NCBI GenBank assembly: GCA_964016885.1
Contig: OZ024742.1
Span: forward strand, 291,586,001 to 291,650,000
Direction of reading: 5' to 3'
Origin: Eledone cirrhosa
Taxonomy: Eukaryota
Length of the DNA: 64,000 nt
The translations under genes were made by a program, and so were the position numbers. Below the pieces are notes generated by a model, which was not told the DNA's origin, searched no databases, and was given only the letters and a program-made list of their open reading frames with translations. Every line of letters begins with the position of its first letter. Position 1 is the stretch's first letter. This document shows positions 58,394 through 64,000 of the stretch, in pieces.

Positions 58394-58464
58394 TGTTTTA
58401 TCTGATGAAAACACAAATATTATTGCATGATGATGTTTGTTTTTGAAATGCGCATAATAAAATA
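58394..58464 (+). ncRNA. Type I hammerhead ribozyme (PLE-3 pLTR)
   Basis: tgttttat-CTGATGA-aaacacaaatattatt-gc-atgatgatgtttgttttt-GAAA-tgcgca-TA-ataaaata; palindromic stem III ATGCGCAT. Confidence 0.85.
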
Positions 58465-58624
58465 CATGGAACTCCTTTAACCATCTTTTGATCTTATATT
58501 ATGTATACTCCAGTCCTACAAACTGTAGAGTGCTTCTTATCCGATATCTGCATTGCTTTATTGTACTACAATAAAACTCACCTCCTACATATATATATTT
58601 ATATATATATATATATATTTATAT

Positions 58625-58680
58625 ATAAGTATGTATGCATACGTACATACATATATGTATACACACGTACAGTAGCATGC

Positions 58681-58719
<39 letters not shown>

Positions 58720-59161
58720 CATATATACATACAGGTACACATACATATATGCACGCATCAGTTTAGCGGACGCTTATTATAACGCCGCTTTGTTCGTTTG
58801 TAAACAAACTGAACAGCCTGAATTTATACCATACGGTGTTAAGGCAACCACGTCACCTTTTTGTTCAACACTGACACAGGAACGATGTACTAGTTTCAAG
58901 CTTGTTAGCTATCATCAGCACCGTTTACCCATCTGCCAGATAGTTGAACGTTCGAAAGTATATACTTTCCTTATGAAAATTAACGGCTGAGCAGCCTAAT
59001 TTGCATATTGAGTGAGTTAAATCGGTCAGGCATACCGAAAACGATAAGTTGAAAAAAAAATGAAAACGAAATTTCATTTCTCACTCTTAGTATGGCACTT
59101 ACTTAAATGTAAGTATGTATGTATACGTACATACATATATGTATACAGACGTACAGTAGCA

Positions 59162-59199
<38 letters not shown>

Positions 59200-59654
59200 T
59201 ATATACATATACATATATACATACAGGTACACATACATATATGCACACATCAGTTTAGCGGACGCTTATTATAACGCCGCTTTGTTCGTTTGTAAACAAA
59301 CTGAACAGCCTGAATTTATGCCATACGGTGTTAAGGCAACCACGTCACCTTTTTGTTCAACACTGACACAGGAACGATGTACTAGTTTCAAGCTTGTTAG
59401 CTATCATCAGCACCGTTTACCCATCTGCCAGATAGCTGAACGTTCGAAAGTATATACTTTCCTCATGAAAATTAACGGCTGAGCAGCCTAATTTGCATAT
59501 TGAGTGAGTTAAATCGGTCAGGCATACCGAAAACGATAAGTTGAAAAAAAAAATGAAAACGAAATTTCATTTCTCACTCTTAGTATGGCACTTACTTAAA
59601 TGTAAGTATGTATGTATACGTACATACATATATGTATACAGACGTACAGTAGCA

Positions 59655-59704
<50 letters not shown>

Positions 59705-60225
59705 CATACAGGTACACATACATATATGCACGCATCAGTTTAGCGGATGCTTATTATAACGCCGCTTTGTTCGTTTGTAAACAAACTGAACAGCCTGAAT
59801 TTATGCCATACGGTGTTAAGGCAACCACGTCACCTTTTTGTTCAACACTGACACAGGAACGATGTACTAGTTTCAAGCTTGTTAGCTATCATCAGCACCG
59901 TTTACCCATCTGCCAGATAACTGAACGTTCGAAAGTATATACATTCCTTATGAAAATTAACGGCTGAGCAGCCTAATTTGCATATTGAGTGAGTTAAATC
60001 GGCCAGGCATACCGAAAACGATATGTTGAAAAAAACATGAAAACGAAATTTCATTTCTCACTCTTAGTATGGCACTTACTTAAATGTAAGTATGTATGTA
60101 TACGTACATACATATATGTATACAGACGTACAGTAGCATGCATATATACATATATATATATGTATATATACATATATATATAAATATACATATATACATA
60201 CAGGTACACATACATATATGCACGT
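58625..60225 (-). mobile_element. Retrozyme-like array, family B (~485-492-bp units, ~3.3 copies); HHRs at 58883-58923, 59375-59415, 59860-59900
   Basis: Tandem units homologous to 49316-49994, with a variable internal TA/CA tract and an identical HHR core in each. Confidence 0.88.
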
Positions 60226-60627
60226 GTACATACTTATATTTAAGTAATAGCCGTACTAAGAGTGGGAAATGAAATATCGTTTCATTTTTTCCGTTTATCG
60301 TTTTCGGTGCACCCGGCCGATTAACCCACTCGATATGCAAATTGGGCTACTCAGACGTTAATATGCATAAGGTAAGTATATACGTTCAACAATCTGGCAG
60401 GAAGGTATACGTTGCTGACGGTAGCTAACAAGCTTGAAACTAGTACAGCGTTCCTTTGTCAGTGTTGAACAAACGAGCAACGGTGGTTGCTAGACACTAC
60501 AGCTTAATACGGGATGTTTGTTTACAAACACACCGAGCATTATAATAAATGTTCGGTGAATCCATACGTGCATATATATATGTGTGCATGTATGTATATA
60601 TATATATACATACTACTGTACGTCGGT

Positions 60628-60632
<5 letters not shown>
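60226..60632 (+). mobile_element. Diverged family B monomer, inverted relative to the array; HHR at 60410-60450
   Basis: cgttg-CTGACGG-t-agct-aaca-agct-t-GAAA-ctag-TA-cagcg; octamer at 60335-60342. Confidence 0.8.
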
Positions 60633-63459
<2,827 letters not shown>

Positions 63460-63672
63460 TATACATTATGTCAACACCACAATATGACATACACACACAC
63501 ACATAACACCTTCTACTTTAGAAAATAAAAACCCGAACTAAATAAACCTTAAACATACGTTTGCACTGGCAATACAACAGCAAACACGAAAAAGTCAGGA
63601 AAATATGTTCATTCAAAAATATTCCTACTAAAGGAATCATTTTCCTACACACACACATACACACACACACAC

Positions 63673-63709
<37 letters not shown>

Positions 63710-64000
63710 TCTTCATCTTAACATGCTAACCATACTCCCACACACATAACACCCATACACACACATAACAACCCCCACACCTACAACACCCTCCCCATTT
63801 CTACTAATAGAACCACTTTCCTACACACATATATATATACACACACACAAAATATATATTCTCTCCATCTAACATACTCGCACACACACACATAACACCC
63901 ATATACACACACACACAACTCCCCTCCCCCATGCTCTACTAATAGAATCATCTTCCAATACACACATACACACACACACACACACACACATACACACACA

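Larger units (their letters stand above)
55945..58590 (-). mobile_element. 5'-truncated Penelope-like element PLE-3 (Hydra-clade-like) with inverted pLTR at 58385-58590
   Basis: pLTR 55945-56058 is inverted at 58385-58502 with an added ~90-bp tail. HHRs at 55982-56052 (-) and 58394-58464 (+). The 3'UTR has ~200-bp internal duplications. Confidence 0.88.

Noticed and set aside
58501-59967. Repeated ORFs [10 protein letters not shown].../FVCKQTEQPEF... in the tandem units
   Set aside because: They are antisense to the hammerhead, change frame with the variable TA tract, and have no recognisable domain.

Overview
This is AT-rich eukaryotic DNA made almost entirely of repeats, with no host gene found. 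It has two contigs separated by a 200-N gap (30565-30764). The SINE/RTE repertoire and large (TA)n tracts suggest an octopus or other cephalopod (inference). Long degenerate (TA)n arrays hold nested retroelements: (1) RTE-clade LINEs with a C4HC3 PHD-type finger inside the RT domain and (GAT)n tails, plus tRNA-derived SINEs sharing their 3' end; (2) several Penelope-like elements (PLEs; RT + C-terminal GIY-YIG), mostly with Hydra-clade motifs, with pseudo-LTRs (pLTRs) and 5' inversions; (3) tandem 311-bp and ~454-492-bp non-coding units. The main result is that almost every non-RTE island carries a type I hammerhead ribozyme (HHR; stem I-CTGANGA-stem II-GAAA-stem III-TH-stem I'). I read more than 30 full, partial or degenerate copies by eye. 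The tandem arrays are therefore retrozyme-like. Two related retrozyme families keep an internal octamer (ATGCAAAT) plus a TATA-like motif upstream of the ribozyme, and one pLTR family has a hammerhead with a ~116-nt hairpin as stem II. The long Ile/Tyr ORFs in the track are microsatellite artefacts. All structures were read manually and element boundaries are approximate.
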